A DNA stretch of 64,000 nucleotides. Origin: Waterburya sp. GTDB taxonomy: Bacteria > Cyanobacteriota > Cyanobacteriia > Cyanobacteriales > Xenococcaceae. Within the stretch, counting starts at the first letter, position 1. Each line of letters starts with the position of its first letter. The stretch lies in contig CBDCJV010000002.1 of NCBI GenBank assembly GCA_965217895.1, forward strand, positions 3,008,001-3,072,000, written 5' to 3'. Below the pieces are notes generated by a model, which was not told the origin of the DNA, made no database searches, and saw only the letters and a list, made by a program, of their open reading frames with translations. Below are positions 39,085 to 50,853 of the stretch, piece by piece. A program made the translations under genes and the position numbers.

Positions 39085-41103
39085 TTAAGTCTTAAATTTG
39101 CCAATGTCTGACTGGAGTTTTTCGGCTACGCTTGATAACTGTTTGATCGAAGTAGATACTTGAGTAGCCGATTGAGAATTATTTTCGGCGATCGCAGCTA
39201 CATTAACCATCCCTTTACTTACTTGGGCAGAGGTTGTTGATTGCAGATTTGCTGCTTGAGTAATTAAGCCAACCAGTTTATTAATTTCGTTACCAACCTG
39301 AGTTACTTCCTTTAGACTATGGCGAGTTTGCTGCACTAGTTCGTTACCCACTGCAATCTGAGCCGTACCTTGGTTCATTGACTCTACTAAAACGTTGGTT
39401 TCTAGCTGAATTTTACTTACCAGAGTCTCAATTTCTGCCGTTGCTTGTGCTGATTGAGTTGCTAGAGAACGGACTTCATCGGCAATTACAGCAAAACCTT
39501 TACCCTGTTCCCCTGCCCTAGCTGCTTCAATGGAAGCCTTGAGTGCCAACAGGTGAGTTTGAGCAGCAAAACGACTAATGAGATTAACTGCTTGGGAAAT
39601 TTCTTGGGAAGATTCCCCCAGTTTTTGAGCTTTGGTAGCAGTTTCGGTAACCGTAGTTTTAATAGCATTGATTTCGGCTGCTGTCTGGTTCATTGCCTTG
39701 TCGCTATTGTCTATAGTTAAGTTAGCTTGTTTGACAAAATTTTCTGCTTGAGAAGCATTGAGTAATACCTGATTACTTGATTGCTCCATTGCCTTTATTT
39801 GCTCCAACATCTGACCAATTTCTGATGCTTGGGTAATGGCTTCTTGCGCCAACTTTTGCACTGCAACATCGTTAGTTAAAGTATTGCTTTGCACCTCTAC
39901 TGCTGCGATTTTAGTTTGGTTGACTAATTTTTGGAGGCTTTCAATAGTTGAGTTATAGGAATCAGCAATTGTGCCAATTTCGTCCTCGGTAACTTTGGCA
40001 CGAATGGTTAAATTACCTTCGGATACTTCAGATACCTCCTGTAATAGACTTAAAGCTCGACTTTGAATTGCTTCTTTTGCTGCTTTCTGCCGATTTTCTG
40101 CCGATTTTTGCTGTTCCAAGAATTCTAGACGAGTCATGGCAAAACTAATTTGATCGGCGATTTGAGTAATAAAGTCGATCTCTTCATTAAGCCAAGGACG
40201 TTGAGCAGAGCATTGATGAGCAATTAGCAAGCCGTGTAGCTCGTTTTCTACTATTACAGGAGCAATTAAACTCGCTTTTACCTGCAAAGACTCTAATGTA
40301 TTTCGATGATCCCGATCTGTCTGAGTAAGATCATTAATAATTTCAATTTGACTATCGCCCTGGTAATGTTTATCAAAATAAGCAGCAACTAAATTAGGGT
40401 TTAAAATCTCAGTATTTTGAGTAACGGCAAACCCTTGAGAAACAGACTCGGCAACAACTTTACCTGCTGTACTACTCTCAAACTGATAGTAAATAACCCG
40501 ATTTGCAGGTAGAATTTTGTAACTTTGTGCCACAGCAATCTCTAATATTTCTCTTTGATCGACAGCAGCAGCAAACTCTAAGATCGCATTTTTAATCGTT
40601 TCTGATTGTTGAGCAATTAAGGTTTGAGCTTGCACAAAGTCAAGTAACTGGCTTGACATACGGTTAATGTTCTCACCTAAGCGAGTAATTTCATCTGTGC
40701 CTGCGATCTGAAGACTGACATCAAAGTTACCCTGACCAATTTTTTGTACAGCATTAGCAGCCAAGAGAATGGGACGCAGCAGTCGATTAGCTAAAGTATA
40801 GGCGATCGCGCCAACTCCTAGGGCAATGATTCCCGTACCCAATAAGAAAACCAAGCGCAATTCTCTTTTAGAGGCAAAAACCATGTCACTGTTTGGCAAA
40901 TCTCCTATCAAAGCTTTTTTGAGAGTCGTCTCTTGATTAACCGAACGAGCAGCAAAATGATAAGCAACTAAACCTAAAGCCACCGTGGGAATTGTGCCAA
41001 TGGCGATCGCTAAAACGATAATTTTAAACCGAATGCTTTTTTGCTGCCACCAGGATACAGAATTGGGCAGGGAAGATAATTCTGAGGAGCTAGGGTTGGT
41101 CAT
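39085..41103 (-). CDS. Methyl-accepting chemotaxis protein with HAMP and Cys-less GAF (PixJ2-like position)
   Basis: Two TMs, HAMP, GAF and [27 protein letters not shown]. Confidence 0.9.
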   Translation of the reverse strand: MTNPSSSELSSLPNSVSWWQQKSIRFKIIVLAIAIGTIPTVALGLVAYHFAARSVNQETTLKKALIGDLPNSDMVFASKRELRLVFLLGTGIIALGVGAIAYTLANRLLRPILLAANAVQKIGQGNFDVSLQIAGTDEITRLGENINRMSSQLLDFVQAQTLIAQQSETIKNAILEFAAAVDQREILEIAVAQSYKILPANRVIYYQFESSTAGKVVAESVSQGFAVTQNTEILNPNLVAAYFDKHYQGDSQIEIINDLTQTDRDHRNTLESLQVKASLIAPVIVENELHGLLIAHQCSAQRPWLNEEIDFITQIADQISFAMTRLEFLEQQKSAENRQKAAKEAIQSRALSLLQEVSEVSEGNLTIRAKVTEDEIGTIADSYNSTIESLQKLVNQTKIAAVEVQSNTLTNDVAVQKLAQEAITQASEIGQMLEQIKAMEQSSNQVLLNASQAENFVKQANLTIDNSDKAMNQTAAEINAIKTTVTETATKAQKLGESSQEISQAVNLISRFAAQTHLLALKASIEAARAGEQGKGFAVIADEVRSLATQSAQATAEIETLVSKIQLETNVLVESMNQGTAQIAVGNELVQQTRHSLKEVTQVGNEINKLVGLITQAANLQSTTSAQVSKGMVNVAAIAENNSQSATQVSTSIKQLSSVAEKLQSDIGKFKT

Positions 41104-41145
41104 GGAGCAAGGTAGTAGGTAGTAGTAGTAGGTAGTAGGTAGTAG

Positions 41146-43497
41146 TTAGCTAACTTTAAATTTAGCGACGCTGCTTTGTAGCTGTTGGGCTACGTTTAAC
41201 AAGTCTTTAAAAGAGGCAGACACGGCGATCGCTTCGGAAGCGGTTTTATTAGAGATGGTGGCAACCTGCATCATGGTTTGACTAACTAGTTTGGAGTCTT
41301 GAGACTGTTCCACTGTAGCCGAGGCAATTTGTCCCACCAACTGATTAATTTCTTGGCTCACATCGGCAATTTCAGTTAGGGAGTGACGGGTTTTATCCAC
41401 TAGTTTTGTACCTGCAACTACCTGTTCTGTGCCAGATTCCATAGCTGCTACCACTTCATTTGTTTCTGCCTGAATCTCTGCCACCAGAGCCTCAATTTCT
41501 GCCGTTGCTGCTGCTGATTGACGAGCCAGCGATCGCACCTCATCGGCAACTACCGCAAAGCCTCTTCCTTCCTCTCCTGCGTGAGCAGCCTCAATCGAAG
41601 CATTTAAAGCCAACAGGTTAGTTTGATCGGCAAAATTACTAATTACGGTGACTACCTTAGAAATTTTCTGGGATGACTCTCCTAAACGTTTTACCTTTTT
41701 GGCAGTTTCGGCAACGGTGTCTCTAATTTCTTGGAAACCTGCCACAGTCAGATTCATGGCATCATCCCCAGCCTTTACCGTCTGGGAGGCTTTGAATACT
41801 GCTGCTTCTGCTGCTTTGGCATTACTGGCTACAGCCTGAATTGAATCAGTAATTAGCTGAATCCGCTTCAAAGCTGAATTAATTTCTTGGGTTTGTACCG
41901 ATGCGTCTGTAGAAAGTTCTTGAATTGAGATATCTTTGTCGCTGGTTGTAGTTGTTACTTGTGTGGCAGCAGTTTGTACTTGTGCTACTAGCTTCCTCAG
42001 ACTTTCAATCGTCGCGTTATAAGAGTCCCCAATTGTACCGATTTCATCTTCCTGTACCTTTACCTGTACGGTTAAATCTCCCTGACTAACGGGGTCTACC
42101 TCCATTAGTAACTCAAAGGCTCGGCGTTGCAAAGTTTCCCTAGCAGCTCTTTCTTTTTGCTCGGCTAGCTTTTGCTTTTCTAGCAGCTCTACTTTTTCTA
42201 AAGTATTGCCTACCTGAGAGGCGATCTCGCTTAGCAGAGTAATTTCGTACTTTTGCCAAGCTCTAGGCTGATCGCATTGGTGAGCAATCAGTAAACCAGC
42301 TAATTTATTGTCAATTATCACGGGAGTAACTAAGCTGGCAATGACGGCAAAAGGTTCTAACATCTTGAGGTGACACTCATTTAAATCTGCTTGATAAATA
42401 TTGGCGATCGCCTTTACTTCTCCCTGCTGATATTTTTCGGCGTAACCTTGGGCAAAACAAGGATCGTTAATCTCCGCATTCAGAGCTACAGGATATTTTT
42501 CGTCTACTGCTTCTGCTATTATTTTGCCCTGCCACTGGGCATCAAAACGATGATAAATAACGCGATCTGCCTTGAGAACCCCTTTACTGCTTTCTACTGT
42601 AACTTGCAAAATTTCTGAGACATCTTTGGCTTGGGAGATATCCCAGGCAATTTCTTTAAGTAAACTAGAACGTTCGGCATCCTGCTTGAGGCGAGCTTCA
42701 TTAATTTGAATTGAATCTGCCAAAAGATTAAATGTACTGCCTAATAAGCCCACTTCATCAGTCGAATCAACCGCAGCCCTAACTGCAAAATTGCCCTCAG
42801 AGAAATCTTGAGCTACTCTTTGCAGATTTTGAATTGGCTCGGCGATCGCTTTACTGAGAATTTTACTCAAAGCGATGATTGCCATTAAAACAATAATTGC
42901 TAAAATTGACTGTGCCAGTAAGCTACTTTTGAGTACGCCGTGAATTAAGCTTAGAGAATTGCCAGAGACTAAAATTCCTAAAGGTTGTCCAGTATTATCG
43001 GCGATCGTTTTTGCTGCCAAAGCATACTTATTGCCTTCAATTGTCCCTATTTGATTGACTATTTTGCCGTTGCTGGCGATCGCTAAATCTAAAATTTTTT
43101 GATTGTTAATAGTAGTACCAGAGGATGCAGATAAAGTAAAATCTCCGCTCGGCTGGCGCAAATAAACTGCACTGTAACCCTGTTGTCTTGTCAAAGCAAT
43201 CACCGTTTTTTCTAATACTGGTAATTTGTTGTCAGCCACCTCATTAGCCAAAATAATTTCAATTACTTGATTTTTTACAGCTATGTTTGCATCTACTTGC
43301 TCTATTAATTGGTTCTTTAAAGTTTCATTGAGCCATAGTCCGCCTGCACCAATAACCATAATTAATCCTCCAAAGCTAAACCAAGGAATTAATGCAGTTT
43401 TGCGATTAATTGGTAAATGATAGAGTCGGCGCAGCCAGCCAGAATTTATTGGCAATTGACTATGTTCTTGATGTTTAAATTGAGTCGAATTATTCAT
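41146..43497 (-). CDS. pixJ: Cyanobacteriochrome photoreceptor MCP (PixJ-like, single DXCF GAF)
   Basis: GAF with DPCF and CH motifs, HAMP and MCP signalling domain; start 43497 or 43515. Confidence 0.88.
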   Translation of the reverse strand: MNNSTQFKHQEHSQLPINSGWLRRLYHLPINRKTALIPWFSFGGLIMVIGAGGLWLNETLKNQLIEQVDANIAVKNQVIEIILANEVADNKLPVLEKTVIALTRQQGYSAVYLRQPSGDFTLSASSGTTINNQKILDLAIASNGKIVNQIGTIEGNKYALAAKTIADNTGQPLGILVSGNSLSLIHGVLKSSLLAQSILAIIVLMAIIALSKILSKAIAEPIQNLQRVAQDFSEGNFAVRAAVDSTDEVGLLGSTFNLLADSIQINEARLKQDAERSSLLKEIAWDISQAKDVSEILQVTVESSKGVLKADRVIYHRFDAQWQGKIIAEAVDEKYPVALNAEINDPCFAQGYAEKYQQGEVKAIANIYQADLNECHLKMLEPFAVIASLVTPVIIDNKLAGLLIAHQCDQPRAWQKYEITLLSEIASQVGNTLEKVELLEKQKLAEQKERAARETLQRRAFELLMEVDPVSQGDLTVQVKVQEDEIGTIGDSYNATIESLRKLVAQVQTAATQVTTTTSDKDISIQELSTDASVQTQEINSALKRIQLITDSIQAVASNAKAAEAAVFKASQTVKAGDDAMNLTVAGFQEIRDTVAETAKKVKRLGESSQKISKVVTVISNFADQTNLLALNASIEAAHAGEEGRGFAVVADEVRSLARQSAAATAEIEALVAEIQAETNEVVAAMESGTEQVVAGTKLVDKTRHSLTEIADVSQEINQLVGQIASATVEQSQDSKLVSQTMMQVATISNKTASEAIAVSASFKDLLNVAQQLQSSVAKFKVS

Positions 43498-43611
43498 AAA
43501 AACTAAAATTAGCAATAAGTAAATTTCTGGCTGTATAAAAAGATAAAAGTTTTAAATAGGATGAATGAATTTTAAAGTCTTTATATTGGTAAAAATATTA
43601 TGTTAAATATA

Positions 43612-44169
43612 TTAATTAGATCTAGTTTGGGGCATCGCTGTAATAATTGTTTTTCCATCTAAAACTAAAACTATGTCTCCTTGTCTTAACCAATATCCTT
43701 GTAAAAAAGGTTGAATTTGCCTGGTTGTTATTGAACTTGAGGCTGATTGAATCGCCTCGATATCGCACATTTCTATATCTTCTACAGAGTCAATAACTAA
43801 GCCAAGATGAATATTATTTTCAGGCTCAGCTTTAGTTTTTTCTTTGTTAGGAGATAGAACAATTACTGGATGATTAGAAAGATTTAATTCTTGTTGATAC
43901 TCAGACTCAAGACCAATTAAGCGTCCTAAATCCACCATCCAAAGAATATCTCCTCGCCAGTTATAAACACCCATAACCCAAGCTGGCAGATGGGGAATTG
44001 CTACAATCTGACCAAGCTGAATTTTCAAAATTTCTGTAATCTGCCTAATTGGTAGCATTACTTGAGTATCTGAATGAAGACAAAATCTTAAAAACTGTTC
44101 TTCTTTGCTTTTGCTTGCAAGCTGCTTAGGAGAATTTGATAAGCTGACTTTAGAAAATAAATCAGACAC
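43612..44169 (-). CDS. pixI: CheW-like protein
   Basis: IPHLPAWVMGVYNWRGDILWMVDL; operon position. Confidence 0.85.
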   Translation of the reverse strand: MSDLFSKVSLSNSPKQLASKSKEEQFLRFCLHSDTQVMLPIRQITEILKIQLGQIVAIPHLPAWVMGVYNWRGDILWMVDLGRLIGLESEYQQELNLSNHPVIVLSPNKEKTKAEPENNIHLGLVIDSVEDIEMCDIEAIQSASSSITTRQIQPFLQGYWLRQGDIVLVLDGKTIITAMPQTRSN

Positions 44170-44223
44170 AACTATAAATTATTAAGTATTTTTTTACCTT
44201 GGTTTTGCTAGAGAAAAACGCCT

Positions 44224-44586
44224 TTAAGAAATTAAGTTTTTCACTGTACGAATCAATTCTTCTTGATCTATTGGTTTAGGAATATAAGCATCAGCACCCT
44301 GCTTTTTGCCCCAAAATTTATCCATTTCTGTACCCTTTGTAGAACAAAGAATAATCGGTATTTTACTGGTATTTGCCGAAGTTTTGAGTTGGCGACAAAT
44401 TTCAAAACCGCTACGTCCTGGTAAAACGATATCTAAGACAATTAAATCAGGACAATTTTGCTCAATTTTTTCTAATGCCTCTTCTCCACTCAAAGCAACG
44501 GATATATTGATTCCAACTTCTTTTAAACACCCTGTAATAATTGACCTCTCCGTAGCCGAGTCATCAACAATCAATGTATATCCCAT
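44224..44586 (-). CDS. pixH: CheY-like single-domain response regulator
   Basis: IVDDS, PDLIVLDIVLP, DKFWGKKQGADAYIPKP. Confidence 0.88.
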   Translation of the reverse strand: MGYTLIVDDSATERSIITGCLKEVGINISVALSGEEALEKIEQNCPDLIVLDIVLPGRSGFEICRQLKTSANTSKIPIILCSTKGTEMDKFWGKKQGADAYIPKPIDQEELIRTVKNLIS

Positions 44587-44787
44587 AATAATTGTTATTC
44601 CCAGTTATTGATAATTGTGCTGAATTGTTAGCGGTTGTCGTTTCATACTTTTAAATTAAACAGATTATATTTTTTGTGGACAATACATATAGTTCCCTTT
44701 AAGAGAATCAAATTAACAATAAGTAAAAACTGCTTAATATTTTCTCTTGCCACACAGTAAGTTTCTTGCTAAAGAAATATTGTTCGC

Positions 44788-45990
44788 TTAACTTTTCTTT
44801 TGAACTACATATTTATTAATAGTTTCTAAAACCTGTTCTGGTTGAGCAGGTTTAGTCAAAAAGTCAGTTGAGCCTACCATTTTGGCTCTAACTCGATCGA
44901 CAATGCCATCATTACCTGTAAGAATGACGATGGGAGTGCTTTTAAAAAAAGACAGTTTGCGTAGCTGAGAACAAATTTCATAGCCGTTAGTATTAGGCAT
45001 GACTAGATCTAAAAAAATCAAATCTGGTTTACGACTGAGCAAAACCGCGATCGCTCTTAAGCCATCCATTTCCTGCACAAATTGATATCCAGCTTCGGTG
45101 ATAATGCTCTCCATTGTTTGACAGATAACTGGACTGTCATCAATACAGGCAATGGTTACACGACGAGGAGTCTTGGTTTTAAATAGTTTTTGGGCAACTG
45201 GCGCAGATACGGGAGGCGCAATATCGCCAACTTCACCTAGCTGTACTAGACCTAGCTGAATATATGGCAGTAAAGAGCGCGTTACGGTAACTACGTCTCG
45301 CTTCATCCGCACACTTAGATCCCGCAGAGTTTGTTGACCATCTAACAGTTGAGTCAGATTTTGATAAATTTGGGCAGAAGTTCTTTTCTGTAAAGCTTCT
45401 GGCTGACGAATGATTGGAGCCATATCAGGAGAGCGATCGGCTACTTTAGCATCTTGCCAAGCTGAATACAGCTTGTTTGCTTCTTTGATAACTTGTTCGG
45501 CATCAATCAAAATCAACCTAGTGGTTAGTAAATTGTCTTTGATTGATTCACAAGTCACATTCATTGCTTGGGTTACATCAAACAAAATTTCAATTACCGT
45601 AGCCGTAATTGCTTTGGTAGCCTGATCGCGACTAATTTTGTTTTGGTCGATCCAAACCGATAAAAGCTGATACTCCCAAGAGATTCTTGATTCTTCTTGA
45701 GCAATATTAGCCAAAGCTAACTGAATTTCATCGACATGAGCTAATCTTTCTGGACAATAAGCAACAACGTGTCTTCTCCATCTTCTAACGGGGTGTATTC
45801 CGCCGCTAGCGTATACAATACGCCCTAAATATAGATAAAATACCCAAGCGCGATTTTGAGTATCGGAGATGACTAACTGACCACTAAACCGAGATTCTTT
45901 GAGAGACTCAAAAAGTTCAATTTGTTTAGTAGCCGTAAAGTGTTGAATATGAGTCCGAGTATGACCAGCTCCAGTTTTGGCAGTCGTCAT
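44788..45990 (-). CDS. pixG: PatA-family response regulator (PATAN + REC)
   Basis: FSGQL...WVFYLYLGRIVYA.GG.HPVRRW N-terminus; C-terminal REC. Confidence 0.88.
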   Translation of the reverse strand: MTTAKTGAGHTRTHIQHFTATKQIELFESLKESRFSGQLVISDTQNRAWVFYLYLGRIVYASGGIHPVRRWRRHVVAYCPERLAHVDEIQLALANIAQEESRISWEYQLLSVWIDQNKISRDQATKAITATVIEILFDVTQAMNVTCESIKDNLLTTRLILIDAEQVIKEANKLYSAWQDAKVADRSPDMAPIIRQPEALQKRTSAQIYQNLTQLLDGQQTLRDLSVRMKRDVVTVTRSLLPYIQLGLVQLGEVGDIAPPVSAPVAQKLFKTKTPRRVTIACIDDSPVICQTMESIITEAGYQFVQEMDGLRAIAVLLSRKPDLIFLDLVMPNTNGYEICSQLRKLSFFKSTPIVILTGNDGIVDRVRAKMVGSTDFLTKPAQPEQVLETINKYVVQKKS

Positions 45991-46447
45991 TATAAACTTC
46001 CTCGTATAAAGTAATCGCAGTTTACTAACAAAATGCTGCTCAACGCTATTGCGGTTGAAATAAGGATTTTTTAGTAAATATTTTAGGTGTAGTTGCTTCT
46101 TATCAAATATTGATAAAAAACCTATGTTGCGATCTCAAATTAAATTAAGCTAATCTCAATTCTATAGTTCCCCAAAATTCAGGTAATGCGATCAAATTTA
46201 TCAATATTTTTTCTTTAACTATCTGAGATTACGCAGCTAAACGATACTAAAATCTGTTCGGATAGAAAACTTTAAGGTTAGAGGTTAGAAGAGCTATAGC
46301 TATTTTAAGCAAAGAGTGCTTTGACGGTGAGGGACGCGAAGGTTTGTGACTCTTGTTCAATCGCCGTGTTATCAATCGGATTTAGCATTAGTTAGAAGCC
46401 TAGTTAAGAAAAAAATCTAATTTCACCAAGAATTTAATTTTTTCCAG

Positions 46448-48364
46448 CTACTTAGCTAAAGCTTTATCATGACGTGGCGATCGCATTTCGAGATAAACCA
46501 ACAAAGCATTGACATCCGCTGGATTGACTCCACCAATGCGGGTTGCCTGACCAATGGTCAAAGGCTTGACCTGATTGAGTTTTTCTCTTGCCTCTATCCG
46601 TAGAGTTTCCACCGTGAGATAGTCTAAATCTTGGGGTAATCTGCGCTGGGTATGACGGCTAATTTGTTCGATTTGGGTTTGTTGACGTTTGATATAGCCA
46701 GAATATTTAATGTCAATTTCTGCCCCTTCTGTCTCGGCTATATTTAATTCAGCATTATCCAGCCCATAGTTTTGCAAATCAGCATAATGAAACTTGGGAC
46801 GGCGCAACAACTCAGCTAGAGTAATCGATCCTTTGATATTTTGCTGAGTTTCGCTGGCGATCGCCATTCCTACTGTATCTTGTTCTTTAATGCGAGTAGC
46901 TTCTAGCCTTGCTTTTTCGGCTGTAATTTTTTCTTGTTTGTCGGCATATAGCTGCCAACGGCGATCATCGATTAAGCCTATTTCTCTACCCAAGGGAGTT
47001 AAACGGCGATCGGCATTATCAGAACGCAAAATCAGACGATATTCTGAACGACTAGTTAACATCCGATAGGGTTCACGCAGATCTTTAGTACACAAATCGT
47101 CAATCAGCGTCCCCAGGTAACTTTGTTCCCTAGAGAAAATTACCTCTGGTTCACCTCTAATAAATTTAACGGCGTTAATACCCGCAACCAAACCCTGTGC
47201 TGCTGCTTCTTCATAGCCCGTTGTACCGTTTATTTGCCCTGCGCTAAATAACCCCTCAACTTTTTTGGTCATCAAGGTAGGATAACACTGAGTAGCGGGC
47301 AAAAAGTCATACTCCACCGCATAGGCAGGACGTAGCATGGCGCAGTTTTCCAGTCCTGGTAGAGTTCTAAGCATTGCTAACTGCAATTTTTCGGGCAATC
47401 CTGTAGAAAATCCTTGGATATATAGTTCAGGAATATCTCTGCCTTCTGGCTCAATAAAAATCTGATGGCTTTCTTTATCGGCAAAACGAACAATTTTATC
47501 TTCGATACTAGGACAGTAACGAGGGCCTTTCGCATCTACCCAACCACCATACACAGGAGACAGATGCAAATTATCGCGAATGATTTTATGAGTTTCGGCG
47601 GTGGTACGAGTTAGATAGCAGTTCATTTGCTCTCTTTTTACCCAGGCTGTGGGGTCAAAACTAAACCAGCGCACTATCTCATCTCCTGGCTGTGCCTGCA
47701 TTTTGCCATAGTCTACCGATCGCCGATCAACCCTGGCGGGAGTTCCAGTTTTTAGTCTGCTGGTTTCAAAACCCAACTGATTCAAGGTTTCGGTTAGACC
47801 TGTAACGGCAAACTCCCCCGAACGTCCTGCGTCCATGGATTTATTGCCCACCCAAATTTTTCCGCCTAAAAACGTTCCTGTAGTGAGAATTACGGCTTTA
47901 GCAGCAAAACAAGTACCAAAGTAAGTCTCAACTCCAATTATTTCATCGTTTTTACCCAGTATTAGATCGGTAACCGTACTTTCGCGAATGTTTAAGTTCT
48001 CTTGATTCTCAACGATTTGCTTCATTACCGCAGCATATTCGCGCTTGTCGGTTTGCGCCCGTAATGCCCAGACCGCAGGACCACGAGAAGCGTTAAGCAC
48101 CCTTTTTTGCAGATAAGTGCGATCGCTGACCTTGCCGATTTCTCCTCCCAGAGCATCAATCTCATGGGTTAACTGAGACTTTGCAGGACCACCAACCGCA
48201 GGATTGCAGGGTTGCCAGGCAATTCTATCTAAGTTAAGAGTTAACATTAAAGTACGACAGCCTAACCTGGCTGCTGCTAAGGCAGCTTCACAGCCTGAAT
48301 GTCCACCGCCGACGACGATAATGTCAAAAGCGTCTTGAAAATCTACGGGATGAGATACGGTCAT
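46448..48364 (-). CDS. mnmG: tRNA uridine-5-carboxymethylaminomethyl(34) synthesis enzyme
   Basis: [51 protein letters not shown]. Confidence 0.98.
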   Translation of the reverse strand: MTVSHPVDFQDAFDIIVVGGGHSGCEAALAAARLGCRTLMLTLNLDRIAWQPCNPAVGGPAKSQLTHEIDALGGEIGKVSDRTYLQKRVLNASRGPAVWALRAQTDKREYAAVMKQIVENQENLNIRESTVTDLILGKNDEIIGVETYFGTCFAAKAVILTTGTFLGGKIWVGNKSMDAGRSGEFAVTGLTETLNQLGFETSRLKTGTPARVDRRSVDYGKMQAQPGDEIVRWFSFDPTAWVKREQMNCYLTRTTAETHKIIRDNLHLSPVYGGWVDAKGPRYCPSIEDKIVRFADKESHQIFIEPEGRDIPELYIQGFSTGLPEKLQLAMLRTLPGLENCAMLRPAYAVEYDFLPATQCYPTLMTKKVEGLFSAGQINGTTGYEEAAAQGLVAGINAVKFIRGEPEVIFSREQSYLGTLIDDLCTKDLREPYRMLTSRSEYRLILRSDNADRRLTPLGREIGLIDDRRWQLYADKQEKITAEKARLEATRIKEQDTVGMAIASETQQNIKGSITLAELLRRPKFHYADLQNYGLDNAELNIAETEGAEIDIKYSGYIKRQQTQIEQISRHTQRRLPQDLDYLTVETLRIEAREKLNQVKPLTIGQATRIGGVNPADVNALLVYLEMRSPRHDKALAK

Positions 48365-48432
48365 TTCATTTATCAATTATCATTTGTTTAAAACCGAAAG
48401 TTCAATGCTTCGATGCTTAATGTTCAATGTTC

Positions 48433-49569
48433 TTACCTTGTAGCTTTAGTAGTTTCTACCGTAGTTGAAACCATTGCTGCTATTAAGTGTTCAGCAGATA
48501 CGCTAAAAGGTAAGCGATGAATATCCGATCGAGGCTGAGTGGCGATAATTGCTACTTTGCGTAGTTGAGCCAAACTAACATTACTTAATCCTAAATCTTC
48601 TAAAGTTTTGGGCAGACCAATTTCGGTATAAAACTTAATTAGCTGTTGCCTAGATGATGCTGCTAAAAGATTACCCTGCACCATTTCTTCTAAGCGTAAC
48701 TGAACTAGAATACCGTAGGCTACCTTTTCTCCATGCAGTACATCGTGAGCTTCTAGAAGATGAGTCAAGCCATTATGAACCGCGTGAGCAGCTACAGTTC
48801 GACATTCTGCTCCCCCAAGACCGCCGATTACCCCTGCCAGTAAGACTGTAGCGTCAACTACCTCGCGCCATTCATTACTATCAGGTTTTTGTAAAGCGAT
48901 CGCCGATTTTTGGAATAATATATCCCGCAAAATTCGCGCCTGCTGTACCGCTGAAATTAACAGAGTAGCGGAAGATTCTCCACTACTAACTGAAGCCTCA
49001 TACCATTTGGCGATCGCATCGCCAATGCCTGCAACCAAAGTTCTTTGAGGAGCAGTACGCACCAAACTATAATCTAGAATCAAAAGCTCAGGACAACGGC
49101 TAAGAGTTACATCATACTCAAACGCTCCCGCTTCAGAATAAATATTTGATAAAGCCGTCCAGGCTGCACAGGTAGCTCCCGAAGTGGGGATAGTAACTAT
49201 CGGTAAATTACACTGATGAGCTAATAATTTTGCCGTATCTAAGGCTTTGCCACCGCCAACACCAATAACTAGATCCGCCTGATGTTTTGTGGCTAGATTT
49301 TCTAATTTGATCAGTGAGGACTCAGCACAATCTGGACTGTAGCTGGCAGATTGGCTAATTAGTTTCTCAGCCTTCAGTATAGGCTCTAGAAAAGGCTTGA
49401 TAGTCTTCAGGGTATTATTACCGCCTACCAGCAAAGGACGCACGCCCAATTTGGCAATTTCTTGACCTGAGTTTGCCAAACAATGTTCACCTCGCAGCAC
49501 CCGTGCAGGAGAGATGGCTAAAGGAGTATAGCTAATTGCTGTTTTATTTGCTGCTGCGGTTTTGCTCAT
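48433..49569 (-). CDS. Iron-containing alcohol dehydrogenase family protein (glycerol dehydrogenase-like)
   Basis: GVGGGKALDTAK, IPTS, GIGDAIAKWYE, HAVHNGL, HGEKVAYG. Confidence 0.9.
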   Translation of the reverse strand: MSKTAAANKTAISYTPLAISPARVLRGEHCLANSGQEIAKLGVRPLLVGGNNTLKTIKPFLEPILKAEKLISQSASYSPDCAESSLIKLENLATKHQADLVIGVGGGKALDTAKLLAHQCNLPIVTIPTSGATCAAWTALSNIYSEAGAFEYDVTLSRCPELLILDYSLVRTAPQRTLVAGIGDAIAKWYEASVSSGESSATLLISAVQQARILRDILFQKSAIALQKPDSNEWREVVDATVLLAGVIGGLGGAECRTVAAHAVHNGLTHLLEAHDVLHGEKVAYGILVQLRLEEMVQGNLLAASSRQQLIKFYTEIGLPKTLEDLGLSNVSLAQLRKVAIIATQPRSDIHRLPFSVSAEHLIAAMVSTTVETTKATR

Positions 49570-49580
49570 GTCTGCTTCAA

Positions 49581-50105
49581 TTAAGTATTTTTAGCTGTCG
49601 GTAGCTTATTTATATTTTGAGAGAACACGTTAATTTCAATATCTTTGTCTTCTCTAGTAATTAGCGATCGCTTTGCTTCGCCTAAAAACAGAGGTTGAGA
49701 AACACCCGTCTGAGGATGTAAAACAGTTCTCAATTTGATCGTAAACTGGTTATTGCCATTTGCGCCAGTCCTACCATAAGAATATAGATCTGAGGCTGCC
49801 TGAAGCAAGGTCGGTTCAATGGCGGATTTCTCTATATCTGGGGCTACGGCTACTACGGCTTGATTTGCCCCATTATCGTAAATTAAGGAATAGCGTGCTG
49901 CACCAGGAATGTCTGCATGGGGAAATAAACCTAAACCCAGGGCAAATATTCCAGTTGTGAGAACTCCCATAAAGCTGGTAACACCTACAAGACGAAAGCG
50001 AAACCCCCACTTGACGACAAAAGATACAATTGCTATCAGAAGGCAAACAATAGTCGCAACGCCTGACCATTTGGCATAAAAGAAAATATCAGTTGGCAAT
50101 GTCAT
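49581..50105 (-). CDS. ycf51: Ycf51 family protein
   Basis: WGFRFRLVGVTSF, IYDNG and TLLQAASDLYSYGR. Confidence 0.85.
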   Translation of the reverse strand: MTLPTDIFFYAKWSGVATIVCLLIAIVSFVVKWGFRFRLVGVTSFMGVLTTGIFALGLGLFPHADIPGAARYSLIYDNGANQAVVAVAPDIEKSAIEPTLLQAASDLYSYGRTGANGNNQFTIKLRTVLHPQTGVSQPLFLGEAKRSLITREDKDIEINVFSQNINKLPTAKNT

Positions 50106-50339
50106 ATTAGGTTATTAAATAATCTGGTAGATATAATCTAGAGCTACAAGATAAAAAATAGGCATCGATAGCCTTAGCTAGTCGATACCTATTATCTTGA
50201 TATGGAAATAATATCAGTTAGATGGTCAGATTGCTTAAAATCAACTAAAAATTACTAGACAATTAAAATTTATTTGCTTTTTGCTTCGAGGAACTTTGTT
50301 CTTGAAATCTTTGATAGCATTACTAGCATCCCTCGTACT

Positions 50340-50759
50340 TTAATTTGCGCCATCATTTTTCATAGAATCTCCAGTATCTTTCATAGCACCGCCAGTATCT
50401 TGCATGGCACCGCCAGCTTTATCTTTCATGGCATCTCCAGTATCATTCATAGCATCTCCAGCGTCATTTGCACCATCTTTCATGGCACCTCCAGCATCGT
50501 TTACGGCATCGCCAGTGGCATCACCAGCGTCGTTTACAGCATCTCCAGCAGCATCACCAGCATTGTTTACAGCATCGCCAGTGGCATTTCCAGCGTCGTT
50601 TACAGCATCGCCAGTGGCATTTCCAGCATCATTAACGGCACCTCCAGCGTCATTTGCTGCACCGTCTACCCCATTAGGGGTTTCTGTTTTGTCTGCACAG
50701 GCTCCAAATAAAAGAGATAGAGCAACAAACATGGGAATGGCGATAGTTTTAATATTCAT
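50340..50759 (-). CDS. Lipoprotein with 11-residue LEA-like repeats
   Basis: Lipobox LFGAC, then tandem DAVNDAGNATG-type units (33-bp DNA repeats). Confidence 0.8.
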   Translation of the reverse strand: MNIKTIAIPMFVALSLLFGACADKTETPNGVDGAANDAGGAVNDAGNATGDAVNDAGNATGDAVNNAGDAAGDAVNDAGDATGDAVNDAGGAMKDGANDAGDAMNDTGDAMKDKAGGAMQDTGGAMKDTGDSMKNDGAN

Positions 50760-50853
50760 AAATTAATACCAAAAAAATTACTAGACAACTTAAGTGATAC
50801 TCGATAATTCCGATAGAGTCAAAGGAAGATTAAATTTTTGTTGTTAGGCTGAT

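Noticed and set aside
46250..46400. Possible riboswitch or MITE between mnmG and pixG
   Set aside because: Only a weak GACGGTGA/TCGCCGT stem and faint similarity to a family C end; not enough to call.
50274..50766. Plus-strand 145-aa and 120-aa repeat ORFs
   Set aside because: Antisense products of 33-bp repeats; the minus-strand ORF has the signal peptide and lipobox.
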